Source: Myxococcota bacterium
GTDB lineage: Bacteria > Myxococcota_A > SURF-8
DNA: 64,000 nucleotides
NCBI GenBank assembly: GCA_963674735.2
Contig: CAXXQS010000002.1
Span: 1,888,001 to 1,952,000, forward strand
Direction of reading: 5' to 3'
Shown here: piece after piece, positions 10,347 through 18,620 of the stretch
How positions within the stretch are numbered: the first letter of the stretch is position 1
How the letters are laid out: every line of letters begins with the position of its first letter
The notes under the pieces: generated by a model
Seen by the model: the letters and a program-made list of their open reading frames with translations, nothing else
What the model was told of the DNA's origin: nothing
Database searches by the model: none
Program-made: the position numbers and the translations under genes

Positions 10347-10483
10347 GGGAACTCCTTTTTTGTCCTGACGACGATGTAAGGCGGTTTTCCACGATTGTTT
10401 TCTATTAATCGGATCATAACGATTGAGCGCAAGAAAGGCAAATAAAGAATGGAAAGAAAGCCATTCTTCCAAAACCGAATGGG

Positions 10484-10497
10484 TGACAAAATTGTCA
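10484..10497. promoter_or_regulatory. Palindromic upstream activator site TGACAA-AA-TTGTCA
   Basis: Perfect inverted repeat ~90 bp upstream of a sigma54 -24 box; degenerate second copy AGACAAAGCTGACC at 10507-10520. Confidence 0.55.
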
Positions 10498-10579
10498 TAC
10501 TGCGACAGACAAAGCTGACCGCATAAATGCGTAAGTCGGAACAAGCTCATAAAAACAGGATGATTTTGCTTTTTTTAGG

Positions 10580-10596
10580 TTGGCCCGAATATTGCT
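10580..10596 (+). promoter_or_regulatory. Sigma54 (-24/-12) promoter TTGGCCCG-N4-TTGCT
   Basis: GG-N10-GC spacing is exact; 63 bp upstream of the 10660 ATG, which has an AAGGAG RBS. Confidence 0.7.
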
Positions 10597-10659
10597 GTAT
10601 CAATCTGACCAGAAAGCAGCTAAACCTGACAGAAAAGTCTAAACAACAAGGAGACGACG

Positions 10660-13600
10660 ATGAGACAGCTTACCCTTATCGCAATTTTGATCGGCCTCGT
10701 GCTGATTGTCTGGTCTTGTGCGGGATCGGATTACGACAACGAACCGGGGCCGACCGATGGCGATGCCCCCGATGGCGACGACCCCGACGGCGACGACCCC
10801 GACGAATTCACCTCGGCGGGAACCGGTGGAATTTACAATGACGCCGACGGCGACATGGCCGATGGCGATGACATGTCCGCCGACGGCGACGCGCCGGAAG
10901 ACGACGGCGAAGCCGAGCGCGAGTTGATCGAAGCGGATGTGTACAAGGTCGAAGGCGATCTGATTTACGCCCTGAATCGCTATCGCGGTCTGGTCATCAT
11001 CGATTTCGCCGATCCCGCCAACCTGCGTATTTTGTCGCGCCTGCCGCTCGACGGTCTGCCCTACGAAATGTTCGTGCATAATGGCGTGGCCTTCGTGGAA
11101 GTGACCGGCATGTTCAATCCCGATGGCGGCTGCTATTACAGCGAGGCCAGCGCGGTGATCAGCATCGACGTCTCCGATGCACAAAATCCTGTGATTCTCG
11201 AAACTTACAGAATGGAAGGCCGGATTTACGATAGTCGCCAGGTGGGCGATGTGGTCTATGTGGCGAGTTATACCGAAGCCTGGCAGACCGGAACCAACAG
11301 CAAATTCGACATCATTTCCATCAATATCGCCGATCCCGACAACCTCTATCTGGCCGATAGCTACGAAATCGATGCGGCGGGCTACACCCTGCACGTCACC
11401 GCGTCGGCCATCTATGTGGCGGAAACCCCCGAATATTATGATGAGGTTGAAGGCAACGCCTCGACCGTCCATTACCTCGATATCTCCGACCCGGCAGGCG
11501 CCATCGAGCCGCGTGGGACGTTCAAGGCCAAAGGCTATGTGATCGACCGCTTCAAGCTGCACCAGGACGGCGACGTGCTGGCGGTGGTGAGTGTCTCCGA
11601 CCGCTGGTCGGGCGATGTCTACTTCGAAACCTTCACGGTCGCCGATCCCGACAACATCGCCAGGCTGGGCGAGGTGCAGGTGATGCAGAACGAGCAATTG
11701 CACGCCAGCCGCTTCTCGGGTACGCGCGCCTATATCGTGACTTACGAGCAGACCGATCCGTTGTTCGTCGTGGATTACGCCGATGCCGCCAATCCGCAGG
11801 TGCTGGGCGAACTGATCATTCCCGGCTGGTCCACCCACCTGGAGATTCGCGGCGACAAAATTTTAAGCGTCGGCATCGACGACCAGAATGGCTGGGCTCC
11901 GAAAGTGGCCCTGTTCGATGTGGTCGACCCGGTCAACCCGGTCGAGCTGGATTCCATCACGCTGGGCGGAAGCTACGGCTGGTCGGAAGCGACCACGGAT
12001 TGGAAAGCCTTCAAAATCTACGATGATCTGGGCTTGATCCTGCTGCCGTCGAGCGGTTACGACGAAGAGTGGCGTTCCGTCACCCATCGTCTGCACCTGA
12101 TCGATTTCAGCCTGAGCGACCTGGCCGAGCGGGGCACCGTCACCAGCCGCTCCTACATTCTGCGCGGCTTCAAGGCGGGCGACTACATCGCCTCGTTGTC
12201 GGAAACCACCCTGCAAATCATCGACATCGCCGACCGCGACGATCCGCAGGTGCTCAGCGAGAGCTTCCTGGCCGGTTACACCAACCGCCTGCAGATTTGC
12301 AACGGCCTGCCCTGCAGCACGGGTGCCTCCAACGGCGATTGGTATGGCTCCAACGCCTCGCTCAATCTTTACGATCTGCAAACGCCGGGCGATATCCCGT
12401 ATTGGTCGAGCGAGCCGCTTTTCGGCACCAGCTTCGATTATTGGACGGATGAGTCCATGATTCGCGAACAGGGCGATCTGATCCATCTGATTACCCGCGA
12501 TCGCAACTACGGTTATGGCTGGGAAATGGATGCCATGGCCGCCGAATCCAAACCGGCGGGCGCGATTCACACCTTCGATCTCTCCGACCCGCAAAGCCCG
12601 GTCAAGCTGGGCAGCGCCGATATCCCCGCCCCCGACAGCGAGGATGACGGGTATTGGTACGGGGAAGCGTTCTATGGGAAACTCACCGACCAGAAACTGC
12701 TGCCGGTGGCGTATTCGATCTGGAACGCGGAAACCTATACCCAGGATATCGAGTTGAAACTGCTGGATCTGACGCAGGCTCCCGAAGCGCCGGTGGCGAA
12801 AACCCTGCTCGGCTTCACGCCGATGCTGGGCACGGGCCAGCCGGTGGTGCAGGGCGACAGCATCTGGATGCCCACCTGCGAGATTCTCGACGACAATCCG
12901 GAGCGTCCGCTGCTCAAGTGCTACGCGCAGGAAGTCGATGCGGCCGATCCCGCAGACATCACGCTGGGTGCGCGCATCAACGTGCCCGGTCATCTGATCG
13001 CCATCGAGGACGACGGCACGCGCTTTATCACGGTCGATCGCCAGTTCGGCGAAACCGACAGCTCGCGCTATCTGTCTTGCAAGGTCAGCCTCGAAATTCT
13101 GGAGCGCGACGGCGACCGCGTGCATCGCCTGACCTCCATCTCGCTCTACACCGACGACTACTGCTACTATCTGCCGGATGATGAACCCGACGGCGACAGG
13201 CCGGAGGAGTGGGAGCCGACCGACGGCGATATGCCGGTCGATGGCGATGTGGTGGCGGATGGGGACAGCAGCGGCGGCGGCGATGATTCCACATCGGATG
13301 ACGGCGAAGCAGCCAAGCTTGCCGCGCGCTCCCTCAACAAAACGGGCGACGACGAGACCGAGTGGAACTTCAGCGGCTACCATGTGATGGGCGACCACGT
13401 GTTCCTCTTCTTCCGGGATCGGGGCGAAGGCGTTGATATGGTGGACGGCGACAGCATCGATAGCGATTCCAACTGCGAGTCGGGTTACATTCCGCAGTTC
13501 AATACCAAGCTGTTGATGTACAAGATCGGAAGCGGCGAAGCGGATGGCGAGTTTACCTTCGAAAACATCGCCGGTTTCACCCCGGTGCAAGGCGGCGGTT

Positions 13601-13830
13601 TGCTGCTCGACAGCGCCGATTACGGCTACTGGGGCGGCTACGGCGACAGCAACGACGGCTTCCGCATGCTGTTCATCGAGCCTTCCGGCGACCAGCATGA
13701 AATCGCGTTGCCGCTGGACGACCTCATGACCTCGCTCTACTGGAGTTACAGCAACCTGGGCGCGGCGCGCATCGGCGATTCGCTTTACATTCCCATGGGT
13801 TGGGACGGCATCTTTAAGGCCGATCTGTAA
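10660..13830 (+). CDS. Large beta-propeller domain lipoprotein with DGD-rich linkers
   Basis: Lipobox VWSC; EADVYKVEGD, SRFSGTRAYIVTYEQTDPLFVVD, LGELIIPGWSTHL are Beta_propel family motifs. Confidence 0.85.
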   Translation: MRQLTLIAILIGLVLIVWSCAGSDYDNEPGPTDGDAPDGDDPDGDDPDEFTSAGTGGIYNDADGDMADGDDMSADGDAPEDDGEAERELIEADVYKVEGDLIYALNRYRGLVIIDFADPANLRILSRLPLDGLPYEMFVHNGVAFVEVTGMFNPDGGCYYSEASAVISIDVSDAQNPVILETYRMEGRIYDSRQVGDVVYVASYTEAWQTGTNSKFDIISINIADPDNLYLADSYEIDAAGYTLHVTASAIYVAETPEYYDEVEGNASTVHYLDISDPAGAIEPRGTFKAKGYVIDRFKLHQDGDVLAVVSVSDRWSGDVYFETFTVADPDNIARLGEVQVMQNEQLHASRFSGTRAYIVTYEQTDPLFVVDYADAANPQVLGELIIPGWSTHLEIRGDKILSVGIDDQNGWAPKVALFDVVDPVNPVELDSITLGGSYGWSEATTDWKAFKIYDDLGLILLPSSGYDEEWRSVTHRLHLIDFSLSDLAERGTVTSRSYILRGFKAGDYIASLSETTLQIIDIADRDDPQVLSESFLAGYTNRLQICNGLPCSTGASNGDWYGSNASLNLYDLQTPGDIPYWSSEPLFGTSFDYWTDESMIREQGDLIHLITRDRNYGYGWEMDAMAAESKPAGAIHTFDLSDPQSPVKLGSADIPAPDSEDDGYWYGEAFYGKLTDQKLLPVAYSIWNAETYTQDIELKLLDLTQAPEAPVAKTLLGFTPMLGTGQPVVQGDSIWMPTCEILDDNPERPLLKCYAQEVDAADPADITLGARINVPGHLIAIEDDGTRFITVDRQFGETDSSRYLSCKVSLEILERDGDRVHRLTSISLYTDDYCYYLPDDEPDGDRPEEWEPTDGDMPVDGDVVADGDSSGGGDDSTSDDGEAAKLAARSLNKTGDDETEWNFSGYHVMGDHVFLFFRDRGEGVDMVDGDSIDSDSNCESGYIPQFNTKLLMYKIGSGEADGEFTFENIAGFTPVQGGGLLLDSADYGYWGGYGDSNDGFRMLFIEPSGDQHEIALPLDDLMTSLYWSYSNLGAARIGDSLYIPMGWDGIFKADL

Positions 13831-13857
13831 GCGTTTCCACTGTTTTTCCGCCACTTG

Positions 13858-13885
13858 ATCGGACGCCTGCGGGCGTCCGATTTTT
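13858..13885 (+). terminator. Rho-independent terminator
   Basis: ATCGGACGCC-TGCG-GGCGTCCGAT followed by a T run, between convergent genes. Confidence 0.8.
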
Positions 13886-13965
13886 CGTTTATGGCAGTGG
13901 ATGCCGTATCGGCGCGCGTTTTTAACGGGCTGCGCCGTTTGCTGAGCTTCGCGTATGTTCCTTGT

Positions 13966-15027
13966 TTACACGAATTGCATGATGCGCGCCTTGCGGGCTT
14001 GGTGCAGCTTGGTGTTGACCATCTTCATGGCGACGTCCTGGGCGGGCAGGCCGAGGGCGGCCGACTGCTTGAGGATGCGCATGGTGGTGTCGTAGACGCC
14101 GTTGGCCAGAATGGTGGCGTGCGAGGCCGGGTAGCTGTTGAGTTCGCAGGCGTGGGCGTACAGGCCGCCGACGTTGATGGCGAAATCCGGGCAATAGTCG
14201 ATGCCGCGTTCGTGCAGCATGCGGGCATGCCGGTTGGGGCGCACGAGCTGGTTGTTGGCCGCTCCGGCCACCACCTTGCATTTGAGGCGCGGGATGCTCT
14301 GGTCGTCGAGCAGCAGCCCCATGGAGCAGGGCGACAGAATGTCGCAGGCGACGTCGGTAATCTGGCGCGGGCGCACCACCTCGACGTTGAATTCCTCGCG
14401 CGCCACCTCCAGGTTGGCCGGGGTGATGTCGGCCACGATCAGTTTCACACCGGCATGATGCAGCATTTCGCAGAGGTAATAGCCCACGTGGCCCACGCCC
14501 ATGATGGCGATGGTCAGCCCGTCCAGGCTGTCGGTGTTCCATTGATGGTGGACGGCCGCCTCCAGGCCGCGAAAAACCCCCAGCGCCGTGAAATAGGCCG
14601 GATCTCCCGGACCTTCCTGCGAACTGCCGCAGGCGAAGGGCGTGGTCTCCTTCAGGGCGTCCATGTAGGCGCGTCGGCAGCCGATGTCTTCCATGGCGAT
14701 GACTTGCCCCTCGAATCCCTCGATGAGTTCGCCGAAACGGCGGAAGGCGTCCAGGGCCGATTGGCGTCCGTTTCGCACCCTGATGGTGGCGCAGGCGCCC
14801 CCGAAGGGAATGTTGGCCAGGGCGCAGCGGCGCGTGGTTTGGGGAGCGCTGCGAGTGGCGTCTTGTAGCGCGCTTTGTTCGTCGGGGTATGGATAGTAGC
14901 GGGTGGCGCACAGCGCGGGCCCCAAAAGCGTGCTGTGGACGGCCAGCACGGCGCTGAAGCCCGAGGCTTCGTCGGTGGCGACCAGCAGCTCTTCCATTTC
15001 CGAGTGTAAGGGACGGCGGATATTCAC
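13966..15027 (-). CDS. Glu/Leu/Phe/Val dehydrogenase (leucine dehydrogenase-like) homologue with degenerate active site
   Basis: Full-length colinearity with LeuDH (VHSTLLGPA, EDIG, TALGV, GVGHVG, AGAANNQL, PDFAINVGG), but MTYK>TTRR and GGAK>GGAC. Confidence 0.85.
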   Translation of the reverse strand: MNIRRPLHSEMEELLVATDEASGFSAVLAVHSTLLGPALCATRYYPYPDEQSALQDATRSAPQTTRRCALANIPFGGACATIRVRNGRQSALDAFRRFGELIEGFEGQVIAMEDIGCRRAYMDALKETTPFACGSSQEGPGDPAYFTALGVFRGLEAAVHHQWNTDSLDGLTIAIMGVGHVGYYLCEMLHHAGVKLIVADITPANLEVAREEFNVEVVRPRQITDVACDILSPCSMGLLLDDQSIPRLKCKVVAGAANNQLVRPNRHARMLHERGIDYCPDFAINVGGLYAHACELNSYPASHATILANGVYDTTMRILKQSAALGLPAQDVAMKMVNTKLHQARKARIMQFV

Positions 15028-15101
15028 GGTAAACCTTCCTTCTCTTTCGCTTTCGATCAGTCTACCCTATTCGGCTCACGGGTGCAAAAGGTGAAAAAAG
15101 C

Positions 15102-15129
15102 TTGCGTCCGGGGTGGCGATGAGTATACT
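15102..15129 (+). promoter_or_regulatory. Putative sigma70 promoter TTGCGT-N16-TATACT with A-tract UP element
   Basis: Hexamers upstream of the small basic ORF and SemiSWEET. Confidence 0.5.
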
Positions 15130-15184
15130 GTCTGCCGCGCCGCTACTATGGCCGCAATGTGAATGAGCTTTAAAAGGAGTCGAC

Positions 15185-15304
15185 ATGGGACGCAACGACA
15201 ACCGCAAGTCTATGAAAATGCGCCGGATCTCGGCCGATAAGAAAAAAAGTGCGCGTCTTAAGCGTCACGCCGAAGCCAAACGGGCCGAACGTAAACGCGG
15301 CTGA
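15185..15304 (+). CDS. 39-aa highly basic small protein (not in the ORF track)
   Basis: AAGGAG RBS, then MGRNDNRKSMKMRRISADKKKSARLKRHAEAKRAERKRG*; own promoter upstream. Confidence 0.7.
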   Translation: MGRNDNRKSMKMRRISADKKKSARLKRHAEAKRAERKRG

Positions 15305-15353
15305 ATGCGTTTGATTTCCCCGCACCGCTTTCCTTTCCCGCCGAGTCGCACCC

Positions 15354-15629
15354 ATGGGTAGTTACGACTGGATTTTTGTGGGTATGGGGGTGCTCGGAGC
15401 GGTTCTTACCTCTGCCAGCTGGATACCCCAGATCATCAAGGCGGTTCAGAGTCGTCAACTCCGGGATTTATCCTGGGCGATGTTGGGTATCTTCGACCTG
15501 GGCAGCTTTTGCTGGCTGATCTACGGCATCCACCGCACCGATTGGATTATCATCGGCGCAAACGCCTTTATTCTCACCAATGTCACCAGCCTGATTCTCA
15601 TGAAAGCCTTCTTCCGTCCGCGTCGCTGA
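15354..15629 (+). CDS. SemiSWEET / PQ-loop (MtN3) transporter
   Basis: 91 aa, three TM helices, WIPQIIK..DLS..ML..WLIYG..IIGAN. Confidence 0.9.
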   Translation: MGSYDWIFVGMGVLGAVLTSASWIPQIIKAVQSRQLRDLSWAMLGIFDLGSFCWLIYGIHRTDWIIIGANAFILTNVTSLILMKAFFRPRR

Positions 15630-15811
15630 ATCGGACATTCCGCTCGTCTCCCCGACATTTCTGTCGCAGTTCTGCCGCTTTCGTCTTGGTGTCTTTCTGA
15701 AACAAGGCGATATTCCGTGCTTTATGCTTTGGCATGGTTCTTTCATTAAAATTCTGGCACACTATATCGATACGGCAACGCAACCTTTAGCGGGATAAGG
15801 AGAAATCAATC

Positions 15812-16666
15812 ATGTCGACGAAAATCCGTTCGTTATCCAAATTTTCCGTCGCGACCGTTCTGGCCGTCGTCGTCGCTGGGTTTCATACCGTCGCCTGGGC
15901 CGAGCCGCTTAGCTGTTCGGATGCATTCGGCGAATGTACCCTCGACGCATCTTCGGTGAGCTGCGAATGTGTCAGCGGCGAAGGCATGGACGGCGATGGC
16001 GAAGGCATGGAAGTGAGCGAAGCGAAATGCCAGGAGTGGTTGGAGCAGTTTTGCGGCGGTGCGGCGCGTTGCGCAACCGACAAGGGCGAGTGCCGCGTCT
16101 ATGGCGACGACTACTACGGCTGCACCTGCGCCGACGGCGAGGATATCGATGGATCGTTGGACGAGCCGAGCGAGGGCGACGCCACCTGTTCCGCGCTATT
16201 GGCCGAGCTTTGCCCCGACGACCCGCCCGACCCGGCGGAAGTCTGTCCTTCCGATTCGCTCTCGCTGTGCGAAGATCTGGCCGACAAACTCAACGCATGC
16301 CAGGGCGTGTCGCAACTGGCTTACGTGATCATCGATTGCTGCGAGGATTACAGCGGCGACAGCGAGGCTATTGCGGCGACCGAAGCCTGCCTGGCGGAAA
16401 GCGACTGCGATGCGTTTCTCGCCTGCTGGGATGATGTGCCTTTCGACGATCGAAATCCGGCGACCGGGGACGGCGACGATCTGGCGGATGGCGACGACGG
16501 AAGCGACGATGACGGTGATGGAAGCGCGGCGGAGGAAGATGCGGATAACACCGAGGCGGATGACGAAGGCGATGGCTGTCGGCAAAGCTCGTCCGTCGGT
16601 GCCTGGTTTGTCATGCTGTTGTTTGTGGCGGTGATGGTTCGCCGACGCCGCTTATTGAATCGATAA
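15812..16666 (+). CDS. Cys-rich secreted protein with MYXO-CTERM-like sorting tail
   Basis: AAGGAG RBS; signal peptide (AWA|E); two 6-Cys repeats; acidic DGD linker; C-terminus GDGCRQ-TM-RRRR. Confidence 0.85.
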   Translation: MSTKIRSLSKFSVATVLAVVVAGFHTVAWAEPLSCSDAFGECTLDASSVSCECVSGEGMDGDGEGMEVSEAKCQEWLEQFCGGAARCATDKGECRVYGDDYYGCTCADGEDIDGSLDEPSEGDATCSALLAELCPDDPPDPAEVCPSDSLSLCEDLADKLNACQGVSQLAYVIIDCCEDYSGDSEAIAATEACLAESDCDAFLACWDDVPFDDRNPATGDGDDLADGDDGSDDDGDGSAAEEDADNTEADDEGDGCRQSSSVGAWFVMLLFVAVMVRRRRLLNR

Positions 16667-16696
16667 CCGGTTTTCATTTTCAGGGGAGGTTGTATC

Positions 16697-17611
16697 ATGT
16701 CCCGCTTTTTAATCGTTCCGTTGCTTGTTTGGGGAATCGTGCTTGCCTATGCACCTTCGGCTTCGGCCGTGACCTGCGAAAGCGATATCGGTTCCTGTGA
16801 AATGGGTAGCGTCGAATATCCCTATTGTCATTGCGCCGAGCATTGCCGCTCTACGACTCCCTGGGTGATGCTCGACGATCCGGCGCAGGAAACCGAGGAG
16901 TGGTGCCTGGAACAAATGGAAGAAATCTGCGCGGAGGAGCCCGCCGCCCAGAAAGAGCCGCTCGAATCCTGCTCCAATGAAAAGGGCTATTGCATGCTGC
17001 AGCAGCATAATAGCGGCATTTTCGAAGATTGTGTTTGCGCCGACGGCATCGGAGTCAGCGCCGGTTTGACGCCCGATGGCGACGACGGCGCCGACGGCGA
17101 CGCTCCCGAGGTCGATTGGGAAGAACTCAACTGGAACTGCGAGCAGAAACTGGCGGCCCAGTGTCCGATGGACCCGGCCGACCCCAGCGAGACATGCAGC
17201 GCCGCCGCCCTGCCGGTGTGTGAACGCATCGAGGAGCTGCGCGGCGCGTGCGACCACCATCCTGTGTTGGCCTTTCACCTGATCGATTGCTGCGAGGAGT
17301 TCGAGGAAAATCCGACCGCCGCCCTGGCTCATCGGGACTGTCTCGAAGCGTCGGAATGCATCGATTATGCCTGTTGCTCTATCAATGTTCCCATGGGAGC
17401 GCCTGCGTCGGGCAACTCCGACGCCATCGCAACGGGCGATTCGGGTAATCCCAGCGACGGCGACGAGTCCAACGATAACGCGGCTGCCGAGGAAATCGGC
17501 GATGACGGATCGGACGGCTGTCGCCAGACGCATTCGGCCATGCCGTGGCTGCTCGTTTGGCTGTTGGCGGCTTTGACCCTGCGGCGACCTGCGGTGTGTC
17601 GCAACAACTGA
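16697..17611 (+). CDS. Cys-rich secreted protein (paralog of 15812-16666) with MYXO-CTERM-like tail
   Basis: GGAGG RBS; signal peptide (ASA|V); same Cys scaffold including IDCCE; C-terminus SDGCRQ-TM-RR. Confidence 0.85.
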   Translation: MSRFLIVPLLVWGIVLAYAPSASAVTCESDIGSCEMGSVEYPYCHCAEHCRSTTPWVMLDDPAQETEEWCLEQMEEICAEEPAAQKEPLESCSNEKGYCMLQQHNSGIFEDCVCADGIGVSAGLTPDGDDGADGDAPEVDWEELNWNCEQKLAAQCPMDPADPSETCSAAALPVCERIEELRGACDHHPVLAFHLIDCCEEFEENPTAALAHRDCLEASECIDYACCSINVPMGAPASGNSDAIATGDSGNPSDGDESNDNAAAEEIGDDGSDGCRQTHSAMPWLLVWLLAALTLRRPAVCRNN

Positions 17612-17637
17612 CGTCGCGTCATGCTCGAATAAAGTAA

Positions 17638-17674
17638 AAACGGCCCGTCGCATAATCGGCGGGCCGTTTGTTTT
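17638..17674. terminator. Probable bidirectional rho-independent terminator
   Basis: AAACGGCCCGTCG-CATAAT-CGGCGGGCCGTTT with A run before and T-rich run after. Confidence 0.75.
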
Positions 17675-17726
17675 GTTGCGTGTCGGCCGGAGATTCGTCC
17701 AAACCCCGAATTCAAGACAAACATCA

Positions 17727-17753
17727 AGAGCAGGACAGGAGCCCTGCTCTAAC
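17727..17753. repeat. Short palindrome downstream of the nuclease gene
   Basis: AGAGCAGG-N8-CCTGCTCT followed by AAC. Confidence 0.45.
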
Positions 17754-17758
17754 AAAGG

Positions 17759-18529
17759 TTAAGTTCCTTTCGGAACGATAAGTGTTTTAACGTTGATCCC
17801 ATTCTTTTCTCCTGAGAGATCTTTTTCAAGAGAAGCATAATTAGTGATCTTTTCATCAGGATCGTAGACGAAGCAAATAAGATTTTCACAATCAGGATGC
17901 GCTGCATATTTGGTAATATCCAACGTTAATTGTTCTCCAATTTCTTTGTCCTTAAGGCTATCTCTGGTTTTTTTTATCTCAATAACTAGTTGGATTTCCT
18001 TGATTAGAAAATCCACTCTGGCTGATGAGCCTGCATAACTCGGGGTGTATTCTTCAGGTCGAACATCATCGAATTGTAGCTTGAGAATAGCATGAATCAG
18101 ATCTTGAACATCGTATTCGTTTTCGATTTTGAAAATATCACGATGGTGTTTTCTTTCGGTTAACGGCTTGGTAAATAAATGGAAGCGTGAGAACAGTTTC
18201 AATATGTTGTCGATTTGGGATAGGTTTTGTGTTGATGAGCTTTGGGTGGATGGTGGAGCCCAAGGAAATTTATAATTGCAGGAATGGCAATAGTTAGGAG
18301 GAGTATCAGTCTCTCCTGGAGTATATTCAGTTCTTCCGGTTTTGTAGTTTATAGAAGAAACTTCATACGTCGCACCTCTGATTGGTGTCTGGCACTTAGG
18401 GCATTCAGTGATCGTAACTTTGCCACATTTCGCACAATAGTTCTCGTTTACTTCACCTGTTTCGTACCTGTCCGTAATAATGTGACCTGCCTCACATACT
18501 TGAAGAACGGAAAATTTGCTCATGTTCAT
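17759..18529 (-). CDS. DUF2321-like Zn-ribbon fused to DpnII/MboI-type PD-(D/E)XK nuclease domain
   Basis: N-term QVCEAGH..YCAKCG..CPKCQTPIRG..PNYCHSC..FPW; C-term ENEYDVQDL..RPEEYTPSYAG..RVDFL..VIEIK; AT-rich gene. Confidence 0.8.
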   Translation of the reverse strand: MNMSKFSVLQVCEAGHIITDRYETGEVNENYCAKCGKVTITECPKCQTPIRGATYEVSSINYKTGRTEYTPGETDTPPNYCHSCNYKFPWAPPSTQSSSTQNLSQIDNILKLFSRFHLFTKPLTERKHHRDIFKIENEYDVQDLIHAILKLQFDDVRPEEYTPSYAGSSARVDFLIKEIQLVIEIKKTRDSLKDKEIGEQLTLDITKYAAHPDCENLICFVYDPDEKITNYASLEKDLSGEKNGINVKTLIVPKGT

Positions 18530-18546
18530 TCCTAGCGATTCAGGGA

Positions 18547-18572
18547 GTAGGATGGGCAACTTGTTGCCCATC
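18547..18572 (+). repeat. GTAG-type REP-like palindrome
   Basis: GTAG followed by perfect GATGGGCAAC-TT-GTTGCCCATC. Confidence 0.6.
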
Positions 18573-18620
18573 TTCATGTTTGCAAACACCGGAACGCATC
18601 GTTTCCAGACCGGCTACGTT

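Noticed and set aside
11863-13854. Long antisense ORFs (also 18516-19724, 46918-48429, 56072-58180, 60987-62627)
   Set aside because: Shadow frames of well-supported genes in GC-rich DNA; no recognisable motifs.
17700-17765. Integron attC site after the nuclease gene (minus-strand ACTTAAC then GTTAGAG)
   Set aside because: The two core-like sites are only a few bases apart, far too close for an attC, and no integrase is present.
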